From assembly GCF_006345805.1 (NCBI RefSeq), contig NC_043011.1, positions 38,266,464 through 38,330,463 on the forward strand: a DNA stretch of 64,000 nucleotides, in the 5' to 3' direction. The translations under genes and the position numbers were made by a program. Origin of the DNA: Octopus sinensis. Lineage: Eukaryota. Position 1 is the first letter of the stretch, and every line of letters begins with the position of its first letter. A model generated the notes under the pieces. It saw nothing but the letters and a program-made list of their open reading frames with translations. It was not told the DNA's origin and did not search any database. This document shows, piece after piece, positions 53,391 to 64,000 of the stretch.

Positions 53391-53999
53391 AGGAAAATAG
53401 CTAGTTGGAAAATTTCTATAAGAGATGAAAATAGTAACCATAGTAAGGAGTAATGTTTATCGTCACCTCAAGATGGCTGTTCGATAGGATCCGTCGTTGC
53501 AACTATGTATATTTATATGGATTATAGTACTCTGTGTCAACCAATATTCTGTGCATGTTTGAATATACAGATACAGTACCAATATCAATTCCTTCTGGAA
53601 ACTATCTTAAGTATGTCCTTGAGAACGATTATTTATGTAATCTTTTGTGCCCAATATTTTAAGGAACTTGTTGAACTTTTTTATGTCCTTAACATGTCCC
53701 TGTTACCAAAGACTGTATATATATATGTAATGTAGCAATTTGCAACAACCAATAATTAACGCAACCAAACTTCCACATGTTACTTTTGACAATCTTTTTC
53801 CAAAGAGTGAAACCGGTAAAGTAAATAAACATCTTTTAAATTGCATTTTCAAACCTTCTTTCGTATATATATATATATATATATATATACTTTTAGATGA
53901 TTTTATAATATTTATCGACATCGAGCTTATTTAATTCAAACAGATAATTGCTTCTAAGACATTAATACCATCCAGAGTCAGATGGAGCTTGATCGGCGT

Positions 54000-54680
54000 C
54001 ACATCTGTGGTTGCAAACTGAAAGCCTGTTTGTGAAGGAATTTAGTCTAGATATATGTGCGTTGGCTCGTTAGGTAAGTTGCAAAAGGAAATTATGTTCG
54101 TTTTGTGGATTAGAGGGAAGGGTTAAGTCCTGGAGGTGCAGGATGAGTTGTCGATGAGTTTTGTGGTAGCTCGAGCAGGTGGTAGGAGATCAAGAGCGTT
54201 CGTGTAAGAGACGAGTTCGAGTTCCTGTCGGTGGGAATCGAACGGTAATTTAATAAAGGTCATTGAGGGGTCCCGAAGTGCATCAGTTTAAGGGTCAGAG
54301 AAATATATCCTACTCGGGTACCAGTCAGATATTGTGTTGATGACGTTGTTGATGATGTCGAATCTGTTTCAGAAACGGGAGCTTTGTGGGAAATACATAC
54401 CATAAATATATTTAGGTGTTTGTCAAGCATGCAAAAATCCAAAAGGGTCATTACCTGGTGTAACAAGAGAACGAACATATTTATGGTCTTCACCTCTCTT
54501 CAAGACATCGTCCATGATGGGTGGCGATCTAGTGATAATGAAGAAATCGGAATCTCAAAAGGCTGTTGATGCACCGAGCAGGTGTCGCACAGTATAATTA
54601 GATGCACAATTCTTTCCGTCTTAATGCTAGTTTGGAAATTCTTCACTAGATATGGAGAAGCTATGGCGCAAAACCCTTAC
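54000..54680 (-). pseudogene. Possible very old retroelement (PLE-like) relic
   Basis: Only weak motifs (DSDF...KRG, PAPPGLN) in a GC-richer island. Confidence 0.25.
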
Positions 54681-54824
54681 TAAGGATACTAAGGAAAAGG
54701 TCTACTAATCAACCTAAAACTATTGGTTAATTAACAGTCTATATTTCCATTTGCGCAGAATTGCCCCAACAATATGGTCAGAAATTAACTGCTCGAGAAC
54801 TATTTCTCTGGAGGAATAATCGTC

Positions 54825-55140
54825 GTGGCACTCTGTAGGTTACGACGACGTGGGTTCCAGTTGAACTGATCAACGGAACAACCTGCTCGTGAAGTTAACG
54901 CGCAAATGACTGAGCACTCCACACACACGTGCACCCTTAACGTAGTTCTCGGGGAGATTCAGTATGATACAGAATGTGACAAGGCTGACGCTTTGAATTA
55001 CAGGTACAACAGAAGCAGGAAGAAAAAGTGAGAGCAAGTTGAAGTGAAAGAGTACAGCAGGGTCCGCTACCACTCCCTGCCGAAACCTCAATAAACACTC
55101 ACAACGCCCAGTCTAGGAATCGAAACCGTGATCCCATGAC
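54825..55140 (-). mobile_element. tRNA-derived SINE, family D-like head
   Basis: CACGGTTTCGATTCC B-box-like motif on the minus strand. Confidence 0.55.
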
Positions 55141-55824
55141 CGTCGTCAGTCCGTTGCCCTATACATTATACTCTGCCCTGTGTTTCCTGTTTTCCCTGTC
55201 CTTTGTTTCCTCGTTTCATTAATAAAATTAATTATAATTTGAAAAATCCTAAACGTTTGTATTCATATTTTTCAATCTAGTGGTAAGAGGCTCGAAGCTT
55301 TTATCTTTTATTCATTTCAGTCATTGGACTGCGACAAGGTTGCGAAACCTGCTTGACGATTTTAGTCGCAGAAATCAACTTTAGTACTTAGTCTCTCAGT
55401 GCCGTTGTCTGAACTGCTAAAGGGACGTAAACAGACCTGCACCAGGTACATTGCGGTGGTGTGACAAAGAGCCACAGGTACGAAGGCACAATCACCCACA
55501 CATTTATATATAATGTGCGTGCGTGTGCATGCGTGTTGGGGGGGGGCGTATGTGCATGGGTGTGTGTGTATGCGTGTGTGTGTGTGTGCGAGTGCGTGTG
55601 AGTGAGTGTGCGTGCGTGTATGTGTATGCACGGTACAACGTCCACATAGCGTCTCACAGCAAAATCCATTCGCAAAAAATTTGTGGCCCTTGGTACTGAA
55701 CCTGGTAACATTTGCCCAACACTAAAACTGAACTCGAAAACATGTCCTTGCCAACTGAGCTTTGTAATCACACATCCGTTCCTGTCATTCCTTTTCTTTA
55801 TTATTATTATTATTATTATTATTA

Positions 55825-55872
<48 letters not shown>

Positions 55873-55894
55873 CATCATTATTGCTGGGAAAAAT

Positions 55895-56065
55895 GATTAG
55901 CGGCATTTCGTTCGTCGTTAAATTCTGAGTTCAAATTCCGCCGAGGTCGTCTTTGCCTTTCATCATTTTGGGGTCGAAAAAATAAGTACCAGTTGAGCAC
56001 TAGAGTCGATGTTATCGATTTAACCTCTTCCAAAACTGCTGGCCTTGTGCCGAAATTTGAAATCA
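55895..56065 (+). mobile_element. SINE family B
   Basis: GAGTTCAAATTCCGCCGAGGTCG core. Confidence 0.85.
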
Positions 56066-56207
56066 TTATCATTATTTTTCTAGCTAAGAGGATGCTGCAA
56101 TCGCCCACGCTCAGCCTTTGAAACAGGGACTTTGATTTACCTCCCACAACCTTTTTCAATATGAAGAAGCAGACTCTGAGAGAGAGACAGTGGGAGGGAG
56201 AAGATAG

Positions 56208-56246
<39 letters not shown>

Positions 56247-56338
56247 CTTGAATGTTAATTTATTTGTCGAACTTAGAAGAATAAATAACAATACAGTTCT
56301 ATATTTAAGAGATGAGGAATTATGTACATTATTTACAG

Positions 56339-56597
56339 TATTTACATTCGACGGATATTTGTCCTCATCTTCTTTGTTGTTAACACAACTTTGCGGCTGA
56401 TATACCCTCCAGCCTTCTTCAGGTGTGTTGGGGAAATTTGGAACCTGTGTTCTCATTCCTAAGGTATTTTTCAATGTTGTTATTATTATCATTATTAATA
56501 TTGTTGTTCAGGTCACTGCTTGAAATTGAACTCGAAATCTTGGGTTTAGTAGCCCACGTTTTTAACCACTATGCCGAATATCCGTCGAATGTAAATA
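56339..56597 (-). mobile_element. tRNA-headed short element with hammerhead-bearing tail and inverted terminal copy
   Basis: Minus strand: GGCATAGTGGTT (A-box-like), GAGTTCAATTT (B-box-like), an (AAT)n spacer, then ACAC-CTGAAGA-A-GGCTG-loop-CAGCC-GCAAA-GTT-GTGT. 21 bp inverted repeat at 56339-56359 and 56577-56597. Confidence 0.75.
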
Positions 56598-57559
56598 ACG
56601 TAAATAAAGTAAATAACAATGATGCACTCGGCGTGATTCGAACTCATAACCAACAGCCGGAACAAGCACAGCAGCACGTTATATCCGACACCATAGCGAT
56701 TCCACCACTTCGTAGACTATTTTTTTCTTTTCTCAATAACACAACACTTTCTATTTACCTTTGCAGGTATTTATCATATAAAATGCAATGAAAGCGAACG
56801 TTAATCCTAATGATATCTCTAGGCAGTTCCATTAGAATTAATCCTGTAACTAGACTCTTATGTAAAAATAAATGTGTCCATTGCTTGGAGGTTCGAGTAA
56901 TGATTATAACCTGTAAAGTAATATCAGCTTCCAGCCTCAAGGATGTGGCGATGCAAAATTGATTGTTTCCAGTCTTATTGAAACATATTCACTGTTATCA
57001 CCATTGACGTTGAGTAGAGATATCCAAGTCCTAGCTACTATAGCGTTACAGCAACATCATATAATTACTTAAAAACCTTTGAATTTGTTTTCATGAAACG
57101 CAGATACCAATAGCAGCAATATTACTAGTTTCAAATTTCTTTCGATTTAAACAGTTGTTAGATAAATTATATTTCCTTGGCTACAACTGGTTTTCATATG
57201 GATAAACTTCTCGTATAACAAAAAAAAAAAGAAAAAAATAAGACATTTATTTCCCAGATGAGGAAAATAAGAGCAATGAGTCAGCCTTTTACACAGTAAG
57301 TCGAAGTTCGTGAAATCGTAGTGAAATTTCCATATCACATACACAGCAGTGCTAAAAAAAAATTCTAGAAAGTGGTGAACGATAATCCCATGAATAAACA
57401 TTTCCATATATACAGGATTAAATAAAAAGACAACAAACGGAGAATATGATTTACCTATATATATATGTATGTACATATATATATATATGTGTGTGTGTGT
57501 GTGAGTATATATATACATATATATATATATAATATATATATATATAATATATATGTATA

Positions 57560-57616
<57 letters not shown>

Positions 57617-57619
<3 letters not shown>

Positions 57620-57920
57620 CGCTGGAGTGGCTGTGTGGTATCTTCCTTACCAACACGAAAGCCTTGTGAGTGGATTTGGTAGGCGGATACCCAAAGAAGC
57701 CCGTCGTATGTATGTATGTATATATATATGTCTGTGTGTTTGTGTTTGTCCCCACCCACCACAACATCGCTTGACAACCGATGCTGGTGTGTTTACGTTC
57801 CCGTAAGTACGAGGCTTACAAAGAATAAATCCTGGGGTCGACTTGTTTCACTAAAAGGCGGTGCTGCAGCATGACCGCAGGCAGATAACTGAAACATGTA
57901 AAAGTATAAAAAAATAAAAG
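57617..57920 (+). mobile_element. SINE family A with deletions
   Basis: Head, body and tail present. Confidence 0.85.
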
Positions 57921-58122
57921 AATATATATATATATATATGCGTATAGCCCTATATCGGTTTATGTTTATATTTACGTTTCGCGCCTATGCTCTTCCACAG
58001 AAAGGAACGCAGAAAGAAACAGGGAGAGAAAAAATGTGTGTAGTGGCTACCGATGTGCGTGTGTTTGTCTTTGTATGTGCACGTGCGTGTATATATATAT
58101 AATCTAAATAGATAGATTGATT

Positions 58123-58202
<80 letters not shown>

Positions 58203-58204
58203 TG

Positions 58205-58298
<94 letters not shown>

Positions 58299-58605
58299 GA
58301 TAGATAGATAGATGGAGAAAGAGAGAGATAGTGAAAGAGAGACTCATGGGTAGGTAGATATGTATGTGAGTATATAAATATGTATTATTTATATATCCAT
58401 GCATGTATATATTTTATAAACTCGAACTTGGAGTCACAGTCACTCCTTTACTGGTAAAAGTGTAATGAACATGTGCATCATTAAAACTATTGGGAAATTA
58501 CTGAACTTACTGTTAAATATTTTTTATATAACCTGACATAGCAACACACCTTGATAAACGTATGTGTATTTATGCATGGAGGCGCATAGAAATGTGTACA
58601 TGTAT

Positions 58606-58720
<115 letters not shown>

Positions 58721-59604
58721 TATGTATGTATATATCCCTAGATGTATGTGTGTATGTATATGTAAACCAGCATGCGCAAAGCTTCGAAATGGTTACGACT
58801 GCAACGCCATTGATCTGACGTCTACTCAATCAAGCCTGACCCGAGGCTAAAAGCAACAACAGTAATAACTTCTGGAAGGACAACAACAGCAGTAAAGGAA
58901 ATTCTAAATTCTGCTTTCAATGAGATATCACTTCTATTGAATATCTTCTTGTTTGTCGGGGTTACCAATTCGAAGAACATCGTTGAATTATGTTTGATTC
59001 CCTAACATATCTTCTTGACATTCCAATGATACGTTAGAATTATTGAAAGAATTCTCGTTGGAAAGTTTAAAGCATCTGTTATAATTGGGAAGTTGATATT
59101 GGTCAGTAAGGTTGAAAAGCTATGAAGATGGTCAGAAATAAAATTCGTGAAAGAGAACGTTTATGTTGGTTATTAGATTCTTTAAATTGTTGTAGAAATT
59201 CCGACTGATATCCTCCTGGAGCATAATCTTTAGATTGACACAGAAAGGAAAGAGAAAGTTTCATGTTTGCTAATATATTTCGAATTACGAGACACTAACG
59301 CACATCTTGAACAGTATTATCAAAACTTAACGGAGTAATTATAAGTATAACATTGATGGGAGAAATTTTGCGGATAGAAGCCCTTAGAATACGATATTAC
59401 AGTAGCTAGGGGCCATGTGAGTTATTTATTAGTCTCAGAGGTGATGATATACTAATTATCGACTTGTTATTACATGTAGGATATGTGAGACATGAGATGG
59501 GAAACGTAGGTGCGTGTATGAAATATATAAGACGCGAAAACTGGTGACATGTCAACCATAAGATGTGACACGTTTATAAAATGTGAAACACAAAAAGTAA
59601 TAAA

Positions 59605-59860
59605 ATAAATGCACCCGTTTAAAGCCTATCCAGCCTCATGGGCTCGGTTTCCTGGTTTCAATGGCGTATTTGTTCCCCAGCTGGACGGGACGCCAGTCCA
59701 TCGCAGCGTTACTCATTTTTGCCAGCTGAGTGGACTGGAGCAACGTGAAATGAAGTGTTTTGCTCAAGAAGACAACTCGTCGCCCGGTCCAGGAATCGAA
59801 CCCACAATCTTATGATTATGATGCTGATACCCTAACCACTAAGCCACGCGACTCCACTTG
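59605..59860 (-). mobile_element. tRNA-derived SINE with family D head and family C-like tail
   Basis: A-box TGGCTTAGTGG and B-box GGTTCGATTCC. Confidence 0.85.
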
Positions 59861-59989
59861 GAACACACATAGCATATGTGAAATATGTGATGTGGAACAA
59901 ATATGAGATTTAAAACACTTGACATATGAGATATGAAACAGAGATATATAAGCGAAACATATCATATGTGAAAGACATAATGGTTTCAA

Positions 59990-60190
59990 ATCGTGGGACA
60001 AGGCCAGCAATTTTGTGGGAAGAGAGAAATCGATAATACCGACGCCATAGCTTCACTGGTACTTTTTTTTGTTGAACTCGAAATGACATAAAGTAAAAAT
60101 CAACCGCGTCGGAATTTGAACTCAGAACGTAAAGACGGATGGAATGGCGCTAAACATTCTGCCCGGCGCGGTAAAGGTTCTGTTAGCTCA
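59990..60190 (-). mobile_element. SINE family B
   Basis: Reverse-complement core and tail. Confidence 0.75.
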
Positions 60191-60293
60191 TGAAATACAT
60201 ATCAAGAACATAAGACCATACGCAAGATTCCATGTTCATGTGTGTGTGCGTTTGTGTGCGTGAATATATGTGTATAAGTATATGTGAGTGTAC

Positions 60294-60332
<39 letters not shown>

Positions 60333-60333
<1 letters not shown>

Positions 60334-60530
60334 GCAAAGTTTACGAAAATAAACAAAAGACGAAGGCAGGTGGTATACAAACAAACAAATTTATTAGTGT
60401 AGCGCTTAGGAATAGAAAAAGTATTTTACGTTTCGAGCCTACGCTCTTCCACAGAAAGATAGACAGGAAAAAACAAGGAGAGAAACAAGGAGAGAGAAAG
60501 AAGCGTGTAGTAGCTAACGATCTGCTTATG
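60333..60530 (-). mobile_element. PLE-tail-like repeat with variant hammerhead, copy 4
   Basis: Matches 36877-37075 and abuts (TA)n. Confidence 0.75.
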
Positions 60531-61189
60531 TATGAATAATGTATGATCTGCACATGTATGCATGTGTGGGTGTTGGTGTTTGTATATGAGTGTGCCTGTA
60601 ATCAAACACTCCCTATTTATTCAAGACTTTACGTTATCAGTTTGAAGACCGCTTTCAAGCGAGAAACTCCCATCAGAGTCACCTGTTGTAAATATCTAAA
60701 GATTAAAGTGTAAAAATTATCAGAAAAGCCATCTCTATTCATGTTTTTCATATATGTAATACTGTACCAAGGATTTCTATTTCTTATTTTATTATATATA
60801 TGCATACATACATACTTACATATATTTACAATATACAGAAAACAGTTATGATAGCCAATGCTTTATAGAAAACATACACGTGTTTCAAGAAAATGCCAAA
60901 ATATATACATAACGATTGTAGATATCTTATCTAATTTTGTACTCACTTCTTCAATGCTGCTCAATAAACATTTACTTATTCTGGGACATTCATGAAGCGT
61001 AGTACATGATTGCCTCAAGCTTCTAGAATTGTTATGTAAATATTACGGCATTTTGTTGGAACGAGTCCATGTTCTATAAAGCTTTGAATATCGTAAATAT
61101 TTTCTATATATTATCATCATTAAGGTCATATTCCACACAGTAGTCTATTTCGAAATTGATACCAGCATCGTACTGCTCTGGATACTGCA

Positions 61190-61670
61190 ATTAAGTGTGA
61201 AACTCACTAATAAGTTCGGTTTTCGCTTACATGCACTTTATAACGACGTTTTCTGATAACGAAGCAGGAATTTGGATATTTTGTACACGAGTTTCATTTG
61301 CTAATAGGAAACACAAAGTTTTATATGTTAGATAAACATGTAAAGAATTTCTTATTCTAAATTCTTCAGACAGAAAAATTAAATAATATGAATATTAGGT
61401 TTTTCGGAAGAAGCGTTTACATTAGACAAAGTATTATCAAAATGTAAGAGTTTTATTATTTAATTTTTCTGTCTGAGAAATCTCTAATACAAAATTCCTT
61501 ATATGTCTATGTAACATGTAAAACGTTGGAATTCGTATTTGCAAACGAAACACATGTAATTGTAAATAAATAATACAAAAAGAATTCCAATTTCCTGTTT
61601 TCTTAAACAGTTAAACTGCAAATGATATTTCCATAAATCTCAAACTTAATGTGAATTTCGCACTAACATA
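61190..61670. repeat. Old, diverged foldback palindrome
   Basis: 61290-61398 aligns in reverse complement to 61455-61551 (ATTATTTAATTTTTCTGTCTGA...GCAAA.GAAAC), and similarity extends outward. Confidence 0.6.
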
Positions 61671-61761
61671 CAGCAGCAATTGACACTCCATATTGGATTG
61701 TAGTAATGGAATAAGCAGATGTGCTTCAAGTGCAAACAGAAAGGACTTACCCTACCTATCT

Positions 61762-61798
<37 letters not shown>

Positions 61799-61802
61799 TC
61801 TA

Positions 61803-62120
61803 CACCGCTGAAAACATATTAAGACGCTTTGATCAAGAATTTTGAAAATTAAAGGTGCCTATTTGAAAAGTAAAGGTGTTTTTTTTCCTGCATGTCTGTA
61901 TTGTAGAATTTACAATGTGATTATTCTTTTTCATTCCAGGTGCCATTTCTTTAAACATTTATCAAGCGTGACCATGCCACGCACAAAAAATTCAGCAGAA
62001 CTGTCTGATTTTCAAAGAGATCGTATTGTTGGGCAATCTGAAGCTGGTCTTAGCCAGCGAAAAATTGCCGAAAATCTTCAAATTCCCCTTGCTACTGTTA
62101 ATAGAATTACAGTGCAATGT
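61803..62120 (+). mobile_element. Tc1/Tc3-like transposon 5' fragment
   Basis: TA|CAC start. ATG at 61974 gives [45 protein letters not shown], a paired-like HTH. Truncated after ~50 codons. Confidence 0.85.
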
Positions 62121-62193
62121 AATGCCATTGATCCATTGATCAACTCGAGCAAGACTGACCTAGGATTAAGCAATACGATAAACTAGTCACGGG

Positions 62194-62226
<33 letters not shown>

Positions 62227-62227
<1 letters not shown>

Positions 62228-62660
62228 GAGCAAAATGCTCCCCGTCCAATGGACGGTGCTGAGTTGTCAAACATTTCAAGCAAATTTTCTCAAAACAACT
62301 TGTCTGACCGTATTACAAGCATCCCTTTGAGAACCACTGCTTTAATCTAAATTTGAGACACTAGCAAAAGAAGAAATAAGGTTAGACGTTTTTTCTATTC
62401 CAAAGAAAAACGATTTTATTCACACAAATACGCAACCGAAGAGTTTAAAGTACCAGTAAGTACATCGCAACAGCTGATGTACTTGCGCGTACAAATGCAC
62501 GTTCCCTCAGATTTATCGATCGCATTCTCACCTGAAATCGATTTTTGTAATTTTTTCAAGCTTATACACGCCCTGATAATGTCGGTGTTTACATATCAAA
62601 TTTGAGCGCAATCGGATGGAGGATGCCCGCAATCCTAGAAGACACACAAGGGATTTTATA
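62227..62660 (-). mobile_element. Non-autonomous Helitron-like element, copy 2
   Basis: Perfect hairpin CCGTCC-ATT-GGACGG then TTTTGCTCG|T on the minus strand. 5' part matches 1260-1420. Confidence 0.7.
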
Positions 62661-62688
62661 TAATATATATATATATATTATATAATAT

Positions 62689-62731
<43 letters not shown>

Positions 62732-62904
62732 ATAAATATTAGGGAATAATCCAAATTTACAGGGAAAAAAATCAGATTAGGATTAAATCCAATTTTATAG
62801 TAAAATATTATAAAATATTATTTGAGACAAAACCACTATTTTGCAAAACAAACAAGGAAAGACTTAATCAATACATAAAATTAATAAATAGTCAAAAAAA
62901 ACCC

Positions 62905-62946
62905 CCACTACAATCGTTCTTGTCTTGATCGACAATCTTCAGGTGG
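62905..62946 (-). ncRNA. Hammerhead ribozyme motif with one core A deleted
   Basis: CCAC-CTGAAGA-TTGTC-GATCAA-GACAA-GAAC-GATT-GTA-GTGG. Confidence 0.65.
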
Positions 62947-63320
62947 ACTTCCAATAATTCAGTACAAATTATGAAGCTCGTCAGCCAAGACTATCTGGAT
63001 GAACTCCACTCAATCACACGCCAGATTTTACCATAACGATAAATACGCGTGTGGTTCAATGATTACATCCGACGTTATAATTCAAATGCCCAAACCAACA
63101 GCGCACCAAACTTTCACGGAAAACAAATACAGCATTAGAAATAAATGCAGCATAATTATAATAATTAATAAGGGTGAGAGAATTAGATACTAATTTAATA
63201 GTATATTTATTCAACACCAGTGGCCTAGTGCTACGAGAAACCTGGATTATTATAATATTTTATAACATATTACAATACTTTTTACTTTGACTTCATAATT
63301 TGTAACTGAATTATGGAAGT

Positions 63321-63362
63321 CCACCTGAAGATTGTCGATCAAGACAAGAAACGATTTAGTGG
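63321..63362 (+). ncRNA. Hammerhead ribozyme motif with cleavage-triplet G deleted
   Basis: CCAC-CTGAAGA-TTGTC-GATCAA-GACAA-GAAAC-GATT-TA-GTGG. Confidence 0.65.
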
Positions 63363-63454
63363 CGGTTTTTTTTGACTATTTATTAAATTTTATGTATTGA
63401 TTAAGTCTTCCTTGTTTGTTTTGCAAAATAGTGGTTTTGTCTCAAATAATATTT

Positions 63455-63486
<32 letters not shown>

Positions 63487-63501
63487 ATATATATAATATA
63501 T

Positions 63502-63538
<37 letters not shown>

Positions 63539-64000
63539 GATATATATATATATATATATGTATGTATATACATAAATTCTCTCACAATTCTACTTGGGGC
63601 TTTAGTGGAAGACACTTGCCCAAGTTTCCTCGTAATTGGACTGAATCAAAAATCGCGTGGTTGAAAAGGGATCTCCTTATCTACGGGGCTATGCGTAAGT
63701 TTGTGTATCTTTGAGACGTTACAGTGTCAGGAAATAGCACAATTAGGAAGATCAACAACTGTTGAAAGAAAGGTGCTGGCTGATGAGTTTTGCCAGGCTG
63801 GAAATTTGTTAATTGAAATTTCCTTCACCAACACAGAGAGTATCGATTTATTTCGGGATTGATTTTGGACATGATAAATAGATTATGGTAATTTGTAGAT
63901 ACATTTCATGTATGTGATATGCATTAAGAAAGGAAACTGATCTGGATACCTGTTATTTGGCATCTCTGATGCAAATTAGCGACTCAGATGGCTCTTAGCT

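Larger units (their letters stand above)
62809..63458. mobile_element. Penelope-like inverted pLTR pair (~168 bp arms)
   Basis: 62809-62976 is the reverse complement of 63291-63458. Each arm carries a hammerhead motif, and the pair is flanked by (TA)n. Confidence 0.8.

Noticed and set aside
58900-59300. Possible degenerate endonuclease/retroelement relic
   Set aside because: Similarity too weak to support by eye.
60630-60692. Minus-strand exon candidate (DSDGSFSLESGLQTDNVKS*)
   Set aside because: Short, weak acceptor, no linked exons, no recognisable homology.
61235-61305. Minus-strand exon candidate (NETRVQNIQIPASLSENVVIKC)
   Set aside because: Lies in an arm of an old foldback repeat, and the next candidate exon hits stops.
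63775-63812. CTGATGA...GGAAA motif
   Set aside because: No coherent stem I, II or III.

Overview
AT-rich, repeat-saturated eukaryotic non-coding DNA (intergenic or deep intron). The SINE families and microsatellite load look like an Octopus (cephalopod) genome; this is inference from recognised repeats. I find no convincing host protein-coding gene, and almost all ORF-track entries are microsatellite artefacts. Supported content: (1) a near-complete ORF2 of a Tx1/L1-clade LINE (APE, RT, C-terminal Zn motif) on the minus strand, sitting between two (GATA)n tracts; (2) decayed CR1/L2, RTE and Penelope-like RT fragments; (3) Tc1/mariner, hAT, Helitron and MITE relics; (4) dozens of tRNA-derived SINEs of at least four families, one forming head-to-tail concatemers; (5) a ~2.1 kb duplication across a 100-N gap, probably an assembly artefact. 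The most interesting signal is a set of minimal type I hammerhead ribozyme motifs in four unrelated short repeat families. They sit in inverted pLTR-like hairpins, in a four-copy family with a variant core, and in an element joining a tRNA-like Pol III head to a hammerhead-bearing Penelope-type tail. All alignments and folds were done by eye, so boundaries are approximate unless stated.
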